Source of the DNA: a virus
Taxonomy: Duplodnaviria; Caudoviricetes
DNA: 40,369 nt
Virus record (IMG/VR): IMGVR_UViG_3300027804_000103
Coordinates: 1-40,369 of that record
Strand: one strand, 5' to 3'
The notes beneath the pieces are model-generated. The model had not been told where the DNA came from and searched no databases. It saw only the letters and a list, made by a program, of their open reading frames with translations. The position numbers were made by a program, and so were the translations under genes. Shown in pieces: positions 6,433 through 16,460 of this stretch. The number at the start of each line of letters is the position of its first letter. Position 1 is the stretch's first letter.

Positions 6433-6747
6433 ATGGCACAAATTGGCGGTAAACGAGAAGGAGCCGGCCGTCCTGCGGGTTCCAAGAACAAGCGGACCCA
6501 AGAGATCGAAGAGAAGCTAGCGGCCCTTGATTGCGATCCTATTGAAGGGATGGCTATGCTTGCTGTCGACCCGACGGCTAGCCAAGAACTGAAGTTCCAG
6601 GCGTTTAAAGAGTTGGCTCAGTATGTGGCTCCAAAGCGCAAGGCTGTCGAGATGGAGATCGAGGGCAGCGGTTCATTCAACATTAACGTCGTACGGTTTA
6701 GCGATGTTGTAAAGGATTCCGATGGCGGAGATAACGGTACCACTTGA
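6433..6747 (+). CDS. terS: Terminase small subunit
   Basis: GGKREGAGRPAGSKNK N-terminus, ELAQYVAPK; directly upstream of and overlapping terL; SD AGGAGGT. Confidence 0.8.
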   Translation: MAQIGGKREGAGRPAGSKNKRTQEIEEKLAALDCDPIEGMAMLAVDPTASQELKFQAFKELAQYVAPKRKAVEMEIEGSGSFNINVVRFSDVVKDSDGGDNGTT

Positions 6748-8017
6748 TTGGGCACCACGTCCTTACCAGTTTCCCCTGTGGAAGTTTATGGAGGACGGCG
6801 GTAAACGGGCCGTAGCTGTTTGGCACCGACGAGCTGGCAAAGACTTGTTGTCTGTCAACTGGTGTGCTGTTTCTGCTTTGACCAGGCCTGGTTTATACTG
6901 GCATCTGTTCCCGACTTATAACCAGGGTCGTAAGATTGCCTGGGACGGGATGACTCGCGACGGCCGCAAGTTTATTGAACACTTCCCCAAGGAGATGTGG
7001 GAAGCCGTCAACAACACGGAGATGCGGCTAACGCTGAAGAATGGCTCGATCTATCAGGTGGTGGGTACAGACAATGTCGACAGACTGGTTGGAGCAAATC
7101 CAGTCGGGGTCGTCTTCTCTGAATACTCCCTCCAAGATCCCCGAGCATGGGATTACATTCGTCCCATCTTGGCTGAGAATGGCGGATGGGCGTTGTTTAT
7201 TTATACCGCTCGAGGTCGAAATCATGGATACGACTTGCTCAACATGGCAAGACGAAATGAAAAGTGGTTTCAGCAAACACTGACCGTTGATGACACTAGG
7301 GCTATTTCATCTGAGGCCGTCGAAGAAGAACGACACGCCGGCATGCCAGAAGAGATGATCCAACAAGAGTTCTATTGCAGTTTTGATGCTCCCCTAGTCG
7401 GCAGCTACTATGGCACAGCCATGGCTAAGCTTCTCGCTGACGGTAGGTTAACCTCCCTTCCCTACGAACCGCGTCTCGAGGTCCATACAGCTTGGGACCT
7501 CGGAGTCTCAGACTCGACTGCAATAGTTTTTTATCAGAAGCACGGCCAAGAAATTCGGATCATCGACTACTACGAAAACTCCGGTGAGGGCATCGCGCAT
7601 TACGCCAAGATCATCAAGGAGAAAGAGTACGTCTATGGAGAACATTTGGCCCCGCACGATATACAAGTTCGTGAGCTTGGCAGCGGTAAGTCTCGACTTG
7701 AAGTTGCCCGAGAACTTGGCATCAGGTTCCGAGTGGTACCAAACCTTAGGATCGATGACGGTATCGAAGCCGTCCGAACCACCTTGCCGAAGTGCTGGTT
7801 CGACGAAGTCAAGTGCCGCCACCTAATCGAGTCTTTGCGCCAGTACCGTAAGGACTTTGACGAGAAGAACAAGGTCTTCAGAGATCGTCCGCTGCACGAC
7901 TGGACCAGTCACCCGGCAGACGCTTTCCGATACATGGCTGTTGGTATTCGCGACCAGCTCGACATGAGTGCTAAGAAGTTGCCTCGCATGGCCGACATGG
8001 AGTATCGGATCCTATGA
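6722..8017 (+). CDS. terL: Terminase large subunit
   Basis: PRPYQ, WHRRAGKD Walker A, VVFSE Walker B, AWDLGVSD nuclease motif, HDWTSHPADAFRY. Confidence 0.95.
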   Translation: MAEITVPLDWAPRPYQFPLWKFMEDGGKRAVAVWHRRAGKDLLSVNWCAVSALTRPGLYWHLFPTYNQGRKIAWDGMTRDGRKFIEHFPKEMWEAVNNTEMRLTLKNGSIYQVVGTDNVDRLVGANPVGVVFSEYSLQDPRAWDYIRPILAENGGWALFIYTARGRNHGYDLLNMARRNEKWFQQTLTVDDTRAISSEAVEEERHAGMPEEMIQQEFYCSFDAPLVGSYYGTAMAKLLADGRLTSLPYEPRLEVHTAWDLGVSDSTAIVFYQKHGQEIRIIDYYENSGEGIAHYAKIIKEKEYVYGEHLAPHDIQVRELGSGKSRLEVARELGIRFRVVPNLRIDDGIEAVRTTLPKCWFDEVKCRHLIESLRQYRKDFDEKNKVFRDRPLHDWTSHPADAFRYMAVGIRDQLDMSAKKLPRMADMEYRIL

Positions 8018-8466
8018 TTAGACCCGCAGTCCACGCTGACGTGCCGATCATCAATCGGTTAGGCGAACAGATGTTTAACGAGTCGGCCTATGCCCAGGTC
8101 TGCAAGTATGATCCCGAAAAGGTGGCTCATCTCTTGAGCCTGATGGTTGATACGCCAGACGAATATTTTTTGTACGTCGCCGAAAAAGACGGCACTATAA
8201 TTGGCATGTACCTGGGCTTGCTAACAGAGTATTATTTCAGTAAGGATCTGATGGCAGTCGATCTGGCGTTGTACGTTGACTCAACGAAACGCGGTGGTTT
8301 GGCTGCAATCAAGTTAGTTCAGGCATTTGAAGATTGGGCTTTTGAACGTGGCGCTAAGGAAATTGTTCCGGCCACGTCGACTCAAGTAGCCCCAGAGAGA
8401 ACGGCACAACTGTACCATCTCCTGGGTTACGAGGTTGTAGGTAACCTTTTTAAGAAAAGGAGATAG
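8014..8466 (+). CDS. GNAT-family acetyltransferase
   Basis: MIRPA..D start, LYVDSTKRGGLAAIKL motif A, LYHLLGY motif B. Confidence 0.8.
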   Translation: MIRPAVHADVPIINRLGEQMFNESAYAQVCKYDPEKVAHLLSLMVDTPDEYFLYVAEKDGTIIGMYLGLLTEYYFSKDLMAVDLALYVDSTKRGGLAAIKLVQAFEDWAFERGAKEIVPATSTQVAPERTAQLYHLLGYEVVGNLFKKRR

Positions 8467-8468
8467 TT

Positions 8469-8726
8469 ATGTGTGGTGGATGGCTTGGTAAAACATTGGG
8501 ACTTGCGCCTAGCGCGCCTTCGGCTCCTGCTCCGACTCCAGAAGCTCCTAAGACTTCTGACAAAGCGGTGCAAGACGCAGTTGAAAACGTGCGTAAGGTT
8601 GAGGGCGAAGGCACTCAAACTCGTGAAGGCACGATGCTGACTGGAGCACAAGGTGTTTCGATCGGTATGGAAAAACTGCAGAAGAAGAAACTGCTCGGTA
8701 CTCGCTCACCTCTCGGCGGTAGTTAA
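8469..8726 (+). CDS. Small virion-associated protein preceding the portal
   Basis: MCGG start, Pro/Ala linker, TMLTG..KKLLG end typical of the pre-portal gene in T7/BPP-1-like podoviruses. Confidence 0.6.
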   Translation: MCGGWLGKTLGLAPSAPSAPAPTPEAPKTSDKAVQDAVENVRKVEGEGTQTREGTMLTGAQGVSIGMEKLQKKKLLGTRSPLGGS

Positions 8727-8728
8727 TC

Positions 8729-10420
8729 GTGGACAAGGGACAAGACCAAAAGAAGCTTGTCACCACCACGCTTGATCGCCTAGGAAAACTAAAGCAGATT
8801 CGCAGCCCATGGGAAAGTCTGTGGCAAGATTGCACAGACTACGTTAATCCCAGACGCGGCGACTTCAATGCTCAACGTAGCCAGGGTGACCGAACTAGGT
8901 ATGACAAGGTCTACGACTCGACGGCTCCGCTTGCTAATGAGCAACTGGCCTCTGGTCTGCATGGCTATTTGACCGCTCCTTCGGAGACCTGGTTCACGCT
9001 GCTGCTTGAGCGCACCCGTGAAGAGGAGTCAGAGGAAGTTAGGGCTTGGTTGCAAGGCGTCGTGGAGATGATGTTCCGCGAAGTCTTCCATTCACCTAAC
9101 TCAAACTTTGGCTCAATGATACATGAGTTGTATCTTGACCTCGGCTCGTATGGCACTGGCGTCTTGTACATTGAAGACAAACCAGGTAGGCCGATCAACT
9201 TCAGAACTTACCACTTAGCTGAGTGCTACGTAGCCGAAAACGCTGAAGGCTCAGTTGATACCTTGTACCGTCAGTACAAGCACACTGGTCGTCAACTCTT
9301 GCAGTTGTACAAAGACACGCTGCCTGAGAAGTTTATTGAGAACGTGTACAAGGATCCTCACAAGGAGTTTACCTGCATCCACGCAGTTGAACCTCGTGAC
9401 ACGTTTAATCCAGACAGTAAGCTTGCCAAGGATATGCCCTTCATGAGCGCATACATCCTTGAAGAAGAAAAGCTGCTGCTGAATCTTAGTGGCTTCAACG
9501 AGTTCCCCTACATGGTGCCTCGCTGGACTAAGACTGCTGGTGAAGTCTACGGTAGGTCACCTGCCATGACTGCTTTGCCAGACATCAAGATGGTCAACGA
9601 GATGAGCAAGACCGTGATTAAGGCTGCTCAGAAAGCTACTGATCCTCCCTTGCTAGTTCCTGACGATGGTTTCATGCTGCCATTGCGCACGATCCCTGGT
9701 GGTCTCAACTACTACCGTTCAGGCACGCAAGACCGCGTGATGCCTCTTGTTGAAGGTGTTCGTCCTGACATTGGTCTTGAGTTCATTGATTCACGCCGTA
9801 CACATATCCTAAAAACGTTCCACGTTGATTGGATGCAGATGCGTGAGGGTCCTTCCATGACGGCCACTGAGGTGTTGCAGCGCCAAGAAGAGCGTATGCG
9901 TCTCATGGGCCCCATGGTTGGACGCTTACAATTTGAGTTGCTTGGTCCTATGATTGACCGTGTCTTCAATATCATGGTTCGTCGCAAGATGTTGCCTCCT
10001 GCTCCGCAGCAGATTCGCGGTCGCAACACTCGCATTGACTACGTGTCTCCCGTTGCTCGAGCACAGAAGACCCAGCAGTTGTTTAACTTCACTCGCTTGA
10101 TGGAGTCCCTGGTTCCCTTGGCCAACGTCAAACCTGAGGTATTCGACAACATTGATGCTGATGGTACTGTGCGTTGGGCTGCTAAGTTGCTTGATGCTCC
10201 TCTTGAGACTCTTGTTTCAATCGAACAACTGCAGCAGATGCGAGAGCAAAAAGGCCAGCAAGCACAACAACAACTTGACTTGGCTAAGAACCGTGAAATG
10301 GCTGCCATGGCTAAGGACGCAGCAACTGCTGCTGCCGTAATGCCTGAGGGTGCAATGCAACCTCCGCCTGCTTTAGGTGTTGAGCCAGGTGCTTCAGGAG
10401 TTCCAGGTGCCCCGATCTAG
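8729..10420 (+). CDS. Portal (head-tail connector) protein
   Basis: YDSTAPLA..LASGL, VPRW....GEVYGRSP, MTATEV..R.EE...LGP motifs. Confidence 0.95.
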   Translation: MDKGQDQKKLVTTTLDRLGKLKQIRSPWESLWQDCTDYVNPRRGDFNAQRSQGDRTRYDKVYDSTAPLANEQLASGLHGYLTAPSETWFTLLLERTREEESEEVRAWLQGVVEMMFREVFHSPNSNFGSMIHELYLDLGSYGTGVLYIEDKPGRPINFRTYHLAECYVAENAEGSVDTLYRQYKHTGRQLLQLYKDTLPEKFIENVYKDPHKEFTCIHAVEPRDTFNPDSKLAKDMPFMSAYILEEEKLLLNLSGFNEFPYMVPRWTKTAGEVYGRSPAMTALPDIKMVNEMSKTVIKAAQKATDPPLLVPDDGFMLPLRTIPGGLNYYRSGTQDRVMPLVEGVRPDIGLEFIDSRRTHILKTFHVDWMQMREGPSMTATEVLQRQEERMRLMGPMVGRLQFELLGPMIDRVFNIMVRRKMLPPAPQQIRGRNTRIDYVSPVARAQKTQQLFNFTRLMESLVPLANVKPEVFDNIDADGTVRWAAKLLDAPLETLVSIEQLQQMREQKGQQAQQQLDLAKNREMAAMAKDAATAAAVMPEGAMQPPPALGVEPGASGVPGAPI

Positions 10421-10661
10421 ACCTAACGTCGTTGAGCTGCACGACAGCTACAAGAAAACTTTTTCCACGCCTGATGGTGAGCGTGTGCTTGAACACCTCT
10501 GCAAAGTAGGTTTTCTCGCAGACACTACTTACGTAGCAGGTGATCCCACCGAGACGGCACACCGTGAAGGTCAGCGCCGCTTGGTACTCAGCATCTTGCG
10601 TTTTTTGGAAAGAGACGCACGGGCACTTTTGAAGCAACTTGAGGAGTTAAACAATGAGTGA
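10407..10661 (+). CDS. Conserved small post-portal protein (Bbp19-like)
   Basis: Y..TF.TPDG.RVL..L...REGQR pattern; SD AGGAG before GTG 10407. Confidence 0.75.
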   Translation: MPRSRPNVVELHDSYKKTFSTPDGERVLEHLCKVGFLADTTYVAGDPTETAHREGQRRLVLSILRFLERDARALLKQLEELNNE

Positions 10662-11505
10662 TATGAACGGAGGGTCCATGGACGCTGGTTCTGCTGGCGA
10701 CACCGGGGGCAGCTCTGCCGGTTCAGTAATGGATTGGCGAGCTTCTCTTGATGATACGTTGCGCGCAGATCCCACTCTGGCAGACATCAAAGACCTGAAT
10801 GGTCTTGCAAAATCGTATGTACATGCTCAACGCATGATTGGTAAGGACAAGATCGCTATTCCTGGCGAAGGTTCTGATCCATCTGAATGGGAAATGTTTT
10901 ACGAGCGACTTGGTCGCCCGGGCGACGGTAACTACAAACTAGAACCTAATGGCGTCGTGCCTGATGGTTTGGAGTTTCAACCCGAAGCCCTCGACCGCTT
11001 TAAAAAGATTTTCCACTCTAATGGCTTGACTCAAAAACAAGCTGAGGGTATTTTTAAAGAATACTTCGCCTACGTCGGTGAACAACATAAGTCCGTTACT
11101 CAGGGCGGTGCTGCTGCTCGTGAGCAGTGGGTTAACGACGTCAAACGCGAGTTTGGCAAAGCTTTTGATGAGCGCGTTGATCTTGCCGTTCGCGCAGTTG
11201 AAACCTTCGGCGGTCAAGAACTGATGACATGGCTTGATCAAACAGGCCTTGGTGACCATCCCATGTTTGTCAAGATGTTTGCCAAGATTGGACAACAAAT
11301 GCAAGAGGCCCTAGCAAGCCCAGGTCAATCACGCGGCTGGACTATGACTCCAGATACCGCTCGTCAAGAGATTGCTCGCATGCAGCGAGACAAGGACTTC
11401 ATGAACTCATACATGACCCCAGGAGCCACTGGCCACAAAGAAGCCGTGCAGAAGATGCAAGACCTGTTTGGCTTCGCTTATCCAGACGAGGTAACTCAGC
11501 TATGA
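10654..11505 (+). CDS. Capsid assembly/scaffold protein
   Basis: LAKSYVHAQRMIG...FYERLGRP...GLGDHP pattern; position between portal and capsid. Confidence 0.8.
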   Translation: MSDMNGGSMDAGSAGDTGGSSAGSVMDWRASLDDTLRADPTLADIKDLNGLAKSYVHAQRMIGKDKIAIPGEGSDPSEWEMFYERLGRPGDGNYKLEPNGVVPDGLEFQPEALDRFKKIFHSNGLTQKQAEGIFKEYFAYVGEQHKSVTQGGAAAREQWVNDVKREFGKAFDERVDLAVRAVETFGGQELMTWLDQTGLGDHPMFVKMFAKIGQQMQEALASPGQSRGWTMTPDTARQEIARMQRDKDFMNSYMTPGATGHKEAVQKMQDLFGFAYPDEVTQL

Positions 11506-11828
11506 AAACACTGCTCAGCAAAAATTCCAAAGACTTAGAAGAACTCCAGCAAATGGTCGTAAACACTCTGCCTTCTCAAGAAGTCAAGAAGGAACAGATT
11601 GTCCGAGACGCCGTCAAGTCTACGTCTCTGCCGTCTGAGGTTCAGAAGAGTATGTCCGAACTTCTTGCTGAGCGGTTGAAAGCTAAGCCAATCAACGATG
11701 ACGTTGATGACGTCGTCAAGAAGGTGCAGAAAGATATGCGGTTTGTCGACACTAGCACAGTCAATATGGGAACGACTAGTGTCCGAGATAAAGATGGCAA
11801 ACCCGGAAAAGGTAGGATGTTGGGCTAG
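11502..11828 (+). CDS. Hypothetical protein
   Basis: ATGA overlap with scaffold; SD GAGG. Confidence 0.6.
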   Translation: MKTLLSKNSKDLEELQQMVVNTLPSQEVKKEQIVRDAVKSTSLPSEVQKSMSELLAERLKAKPINDDVDDVVKKVQKDMRFVDTSTVNMGTTSVRDKDGKPGKGRMLG

Positions 11829-11862
11829 TTTATTTTTCTGGTTTTTGCTGTATTATCTAATT

Positions 11863-11940
11863 ACGGGCAACCCGAAAGGGTCCGTGGGTGTCGCCTAGCC
11901 ATAAGGGTATGTGGGGGTCCGAATTTTGGGCAGCCTCTGC
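11863..11940 (+). ncRNA. Putative structured RNA leader of the capsid gene (two bulged hairpins)
   Basis: ACGGG-CAA-CCC-GAAA-GGG-TCCGT and GTGGGGG-TCCGA-ATT-TTGGG-CAG-CCTCTGC, with G-U pairs on the plus strand. Confidence 0.5.
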
Positions 11941-11983
11941 GGGCAAACGTGTTTTTAACTTTTTAACTGAATGAGGAGGACAT

Positions 11984-12868
11984 ATGTCCATTCAAATTAC
12001 GACGGCATTTGTACAGCAGTACCGTGCCAACGTTGAACACCTCGTCCAGCAGAAAGGCTCGCGTCTGCGTGCTCTCGTACGTGCTGAAACTCAGGCAGCT
12101 GAGTTTGAGTTCTACGACCGCATTGGTGCGACCACTGCTCAGGAGGTAACAGGCCGCCATCAAGACACCCCGTTGATCAATGTGCCGCATGATCGTCGTC
12201 GCGTTTCACTGCGCGATTTCGATTGGGCTGACCTGATCGATCGTCCTGATCGCATTCGTATGCTCATCGATCCTAGCTCACCTTACAGCCAAAACGCAGC
12301 ATATGCGCTCGGTCGTAAGATGGACGAGATCGTTTTTGATGCAGCATTTGGTACTGTATATACCGGCAAGACTGGTGCTACTACCGTGACTTTCCCTAGC
12401 TCGCAGCAAATCGCTGTGGACTATGTTGAGTCCGGCGCAGCAACTAACTCTGGTTTGACAATCGCAAAATTGCGCAAGGCAAAAGAAATCCTTGACAAGA
12501 ATGAGGTTGATCCTACTGAGCGCCGTTACATTGCAGTAACTGCAAAACAAGTGACTGATCTGTTGAAAACCACCGAAGTTTCTAGCGCCGACTACAACAC
12601 CGTTCGCGCTTTGGTACAAGGTGAACTCAACACGTTCATGGGCTTTGAGTTTGTTCGCACTGAGTTGGTTCGTACTAACGCTTCCAACCACCGTCGCGTT
12701 CTCGTTTGGGCACAGTCTGGTTTGCTCTTGGCCGTTGGTCAAGACATCGTCACAGACATTGGTCCTCGCCGCGACAAGCGCAACTCGACTCAAGTCTACG
12801 TCTCTGCTTCCTTCGGCGCAACCCGTATGGAAGAAGAGAAGGTCGTCGAAATCATCTGCGCTGAATAA
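11984..12868 (+). CDS. Major capsid protein
   Basis: MSIQITTAFVQQY...QQKGSRL, AYALGRKMD, LVQGELNTFMGFEF, GATRMEEEKVV; strong SD GAGGAGG. Confidence 0.92.
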   Translation: MSIQITTAFVQQYRANVEHLVQQKGSRLRALVRAETQAAEFEFYDRIGATTAQEVTGRHQDTPLINVPHDRRRVSLRDFDWADLIDRPDRIRMLIDPSSPYSQNAAYALGRKMDEIVFDAAFGTVYTGKTGATTVTFPSSQQIAVDYVESGAATNSGLTIAKLRKAKEILDKNEVDPTERRYIAVTAKQVTDLLKTTEVSSADYNTVRALVQGELNTFMGFEFVRTELVRTNASNHRRVLVWAQSGLLLAVGQDIVTDIGPRRDKRNSTQVYVSASFGATRMEEEKVVEIICAE

Positions 12869-12879
12869 GGAGAATAGTC

Positions 12880-13332
12880 ATGGCTAATCAAAATAGCACT
12901 CAATACGCTAACACCCAGACTGTTCCTGCGACGATGAATGACGTGTGCGATGAGCATGGCCGCGTTCGCGTTCGTGCATTTGACTTTACTCAGTCAGGTG
13001 CCGGCGCTGATGGCGATACCGTGACTCTTTGCCAAATGCCTGGTGGCACTGTTCGCATCATTGGTGTGAAGATTGTCAACTCGGCTCTTGGCGCGTCTCG
13101 CGTTGTTAAAGTCGGTCACACAGGTTATACTAACCTTTCAAATACAGCGGTTGCTGCTGACGACGACGCCTTCCTGGTGAACACGTCAGTTGCTACTGCC
13201 GGTTCTATCAATGGTGTGAATGCCAACAAACTGTCTAGCCGCACTGGTTTTACTGTGCGCGCAACAGTTACTGGTGGCACGATCCCAGACGGAGCCACTT
13301 TGAATGGTCAGATCCTGTACACACTAGACTAA
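12880..13332 (+). CDS. Probable capsid decoration / minor virion protein
   Basis: Beta-rich, Gly/Thr/Ala-rich; between the MCP and a terminator; SD AAGGAG. Confidence 0.65.
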   Translation: MANQNSTQYANTQTVPATMNDVCDEHGRVRVRAFDFTQSGAGADGDTVTLCQMPGGTVRIIGVKIVNSALGASRVVKVGHTGYTNLSNTAVAADDDAFLVNTSVATAGSINGVNANKLSSRTGFTVRATVTGGTIPDGATLNGQILYTLD

Positions 13333-13352
13333 GTCAGAGGAACACCGGTAGT

Positions 13353-13393
13353 GCGGGGGATCGGGCCGTGAGGCTTGATCTCCCGTTTTTGTT
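13353..13393 (+). terminator. Intrinsic terminator after the capsid genes
   Basis: GCGGGGGATCGGGCC-GTGA-GGCTTGATCTCCCGT followed by TTTTGTT. Confidence 0.85.
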
Positions 13394-13404
13394 AGGAGAA
13401 ACAC

Positions 13405-14004
13405 ATGGCAGCATCAGACATTGAAGTCGTAAATAGATCACTCACATTGTTGGGTGTAGACCCCATTAACTCGTTGTCTGACCCAACTAAGGCAGCAGCA
13501 ACGTCTCGTCGTCTTTATGATGACTCGAGAGCCGCCGTGTTTCGCGCCCATCCTTGGAACTGCTTAGTTAGGCGTGTCTCTTTGCCTCTTGATAACGTAA
13601 TCCCAGCTTACGAGTTTACTCACCAATTTGTTTTGCCAGCAGATTTTCTAAGGCTGCTGACACTTGAAGATGTCAATGGACGTTACTCAATTGAATCTCG
13701 TCGTCTTCTCTACGATGGTTCAACGTTGAAAATAAAATATATCGCTCTGCTTACGGACGTGCCAAGCTATGATACCTTGTTGGTTGACGCTCTTGCTGCT
13801 CGTTTGGCAGCAGACCTTGCGCATCCATTGTTGCAATCATCTACTACGATGGAGCAGATGTGGCAACTGTATGAACTAAAACTGCGTGAAGCTAAGTTTG
13901 TTGACGCACAAGAAAACTCACAAGAGGTTCTTGATGCTGACTACTGGCTTAACAGCCGTTTTGGTATTGCTGATTCTCGTTTGACGACTCCTCCAAGGTG
14001 GTAA
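13405..14004 (+). CDS. Tail tubular protein A (adaptor, T7 gp11-like)
   Basis: VNRSL..LG..I, HPWNC, LPADFLR, LAARLA pattern; synteny. Confidence 0.85.
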   Translation: MAASDIEVVNRSLTLLGVDPINSLSDPTKAAATSRRLYDDSRAAVFRAHPWNCLVRRVSLPLDNVIPAYEFTHQFVLPADFLRLLTLEDVNGRYSIESRRLLYDGSTLKIKYIALLTDVPSYDTLLVDALAARLAADLAHPLLQSSTTMEQMWQLYELKLREAKFVDAQENSQEVLDADYWLNSRFGIADSRLTTPPRW

Positions 14005-14007
14005 TAG

Positions 14008-16044
14008 ATGTCTCGTACAACGCCAATTCAAACTAACTTTACAGGCGGTGAGATTTCACCTCGCCTGTATGGTCGTGTTGACTTGCAAAAATACGCAACC
14101 TCTGTTGAGCGTTGCGAGAACTTTATCATCTTCCCTCACGGCGGCATTACTAAGAGATCAGGTACTCGTTATCTTGCGCCTACAAAATTTGCAGACAAGA
14201 AAACAAAACTGATCCCATTTATTTTTTCAACTGAACAGGCTTACATTGTTGAGTTTGGTCACTTGTATGTGCGCTTCTACCGCAATGAAGCTGTGCTGCT
14301 TAATGGTGCAGGCACTGCTCCATATGAGTTAATTTCGCCATACACAGAAAACGATCTTGATGACTTGGACTTTACTCAGTCTGCTGATGTGCTGTATCTT
14401 GTCCATAAGGATTATCAGCCAAGAACACTTAATCGTTTAGGACCCACTAACTGGGCACTAAACCTGTATGAACCACGAGATGGCCCGTACAACGAAGTTA
14501 ATACAACTGCTATTACTGTTCACACTTCAAGCTTGACAGGTTCTGCAACCATTACTGCAAGTAGTTCTGCTTTTGCAGTCACCGACATTGGACGCTGGTT
14601 TCGATTTAAAAACGGTTCACCCGCTGTTTGGGGGGCAGGCAAGATTACTGCCTACACAAACCCAACAACGGTTGTTGTATCTGTTGATCCAGACTTTCCT
14701 TTTGGTCAAACTGGCGCTGGCAACGCTACTAAAGACTGGCGACTTGGTTCTTGGTCAAACGCGCTCGGTTGGCCGACGTGCGTCGCGTTCTTCCAAGAAC
14801 GATTGTTCTTTGCAGCTACGACAGCAAAACCATCAACCATTTGGGGGACACGTACGGGGGAATTTGCAACCTTTAGTCCGTCAAATGCAAAGGCTGAAGT
14901 GCTTGATGACTCAGGCTTGAGTTTTACTCTTGCTACTGACCAGGTGAACGCGATTCGCTGGATTTATGGTGAGAAGCGTTTGCAGCTTGGTACGTCTGAT
15001 GGTCCATTCATTCTGTCTGCTGGTCGAAACTACGAGGCATTGACACCCTCAAACTCAACCATCTCTCGTGAAACCACTGACGGTACGGCCAATGAACGTC
15101 CCGTGGGCGCCAGTAGGACCACTCTATACATTGACCGTTCACGCCTAAAAGTACGTGAGTTATCGTATGACATCAACATTGACGGCTATGCCTCTGTTGA
15201 CCTTACGTTGCTTGCTGAGCACATTACAACTGGTAACGTCAAACAAATCGCCTATGCTCGTTCCCCTGACAATTTAGTCTGGACGTTGCTGCAAACCGGT
15301 GAATTGCGCTGCTTGACTTACGAGCCAGACCAAGAAGTTGTGGCATGGCATCGACACATTATTGGGGGTACTGACGTTCTTGTTAAAAGTATTGCGGTGA
15401 TTCCTAAGAACGACGAATCAGAAGAGGTGCTGTACCTCGTCGTTGAAAGAACAGTTGATGGCGCCACTGTACAGTACGTTGAATACTTAGAGAAATCTTT
15501 TGATACTGCCAAAGGCATGGTTGTTGAAGATGCTTTTTTCATCGACAGTGGCATCAGCTACGACGGTCCCCCAGTAAATAGTTTGTCCGGTCTTGATCAT
15601 CTTGAGGGTGAGACGGTACAGATCCTAGCTGATGGGGCTGTTCATCCAGACCGCGTAGTTAGCTCAGGGGCCATTACGTTGGCTCGTTCTGCCTCAAAGG
15701 TTAGTGTAGGTCTGCCCTACGTTGCTCGTGTAAGAACACTTGATCCTGAGGTTCAAACACAAACAGGTCCTTCTCAAGGCAAGATTCGCCGTATTGAACG
15801 GGTCACCTATCGCCTGGTTGACACTTTCAACCTTAAGTTTGGCGCAAACGGGGCTCCATTGGAAATTATTCCTTTCCGTTCAGGGGCTATGCCTATGGGT
15901 TCAATTCGCTTGTTTACGGGTGACAAACGCGTGCTCGTGCAGCACCCTCCTGAGCGTCAATTTGAGTTGCTTGTGCAGTCTGACACGCCGCATCCTTGCA
16001 CCATCTTGGCGATCATGTACGCAATGACAGTTTCTGAACGATGA
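14008..16044 (+). CDS. Tail tubular protein B (nozzle, T7 gp12-like)
   Basis: QTNFTGGEISP, GGITKRSGT, FTQSADV, FFQERLFF, VVAWHRH, GLDHLEGETV motifs. Confidence 0.92.
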   Translation: MSRTTPIQTNFTGGEISPRLYGRVDLQKYATSVERCENFIIFPHGGITKRSGTRYLAPTKFADKKTKLIPFIFSTEQAYIVEFGHLYVRFYRNEAVLLNGAGTAPYELISPYTENDLDDLDFTQSADVLYLVHKDYQPRTLNRLGPTNWALNLYEPRDGPYNEVNTTAITVHTSSLTGSATITASSSAFAVTDIGRWFRFKNGSPAVWGAGKITAYTNPTTVVVSVDPDFPFGQTGAGNATKDWRLGSWSNALGWPTCVAFFQERLFFAATTAKPSTIWGTRTGEFATFSPSNAKAEVLDDSGLSFTLATDQVNAIRWIYGEKRLQLGTSDGPFILSAGRNYEALTPSNSTISRETTDGTANERPVGASRTTLYIDRSRLKVRELSYDINIDGYASVDLTLLAEHITTGNVKQIAYARSPDNLVWTLLQTGELRCLTYEPDQEVVAWHRHIIGGTDVLVKSIAVIPKNDESEEVLYLVVERTVDGATVQYVEYLEKSFDTAKGMVVEDAFFIDSGISYDGPPVNSLSGLDHLEGETVQILADGAVHPDRVVSSGAITLARSASKVSVGLPYVARVRTLDPEVQTQTGPSQGKIRRIERVTYRLVDTFNLKFGANGAPLEIIPFRSGAMPMGSIRLFTGDKRVLVQHPPERQFELLVQSDTPHPCTILAIMYAMTVSER

Positions 16045-16460
16045 TAGTAGTTCCATTTGAATCATGGCACCTCGACTTTATAAAACCTCTCTGGCCCGTA
16101 CTCCACAATGGTTTGGCACTGGAGAAGTGTTCAATCTCCTTTACGGCCGTAGTCGACGCAAGACCGATTGCTATTGCTGGGGTCATTCCTATTTGGAAAG
16201 GCGTGGCCGAATCCTATTTGATTCCGTCCGCACTATTTCCGAAACACAAGATTCAGTGTATAAAGTACATCAAGCTAAACCAGGAATTTTTGGGAAGGGA
16301 ACTCAAACTGCATCGACTTCAAACAACTGTACCATCAGATCTACTGCACGCCATTCGCTGGTTAGAGTGGCTGGGGTATCAGAAAGAATCGACGCTGCGT
16401 ATGTGGGGTCCCGATCAGAAAGATCATTACAGATACGTGAGGTTCTTTGATGGGTGTTGA
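16041..16460 (+). CDS. GNAT-fold protein at the T7 gp13-like position
   Basis: HRLQTTV...AIRWLEWLGY.KE..LR.WG pattern; synteny. Confidence 0.65.
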   Translation: MIVVPFESWHLDFIKPLWPVLHNGLALEKCSISFTAVVDARPIAIAGVIPIWKGVAESYLIPSALFPKHKIQCIKYIKLNQEFLGRELKLHRLQTTVPSDLLHAIRWLEWLGYQKESTLRMWGPDQKDHYRYVRFFDGC

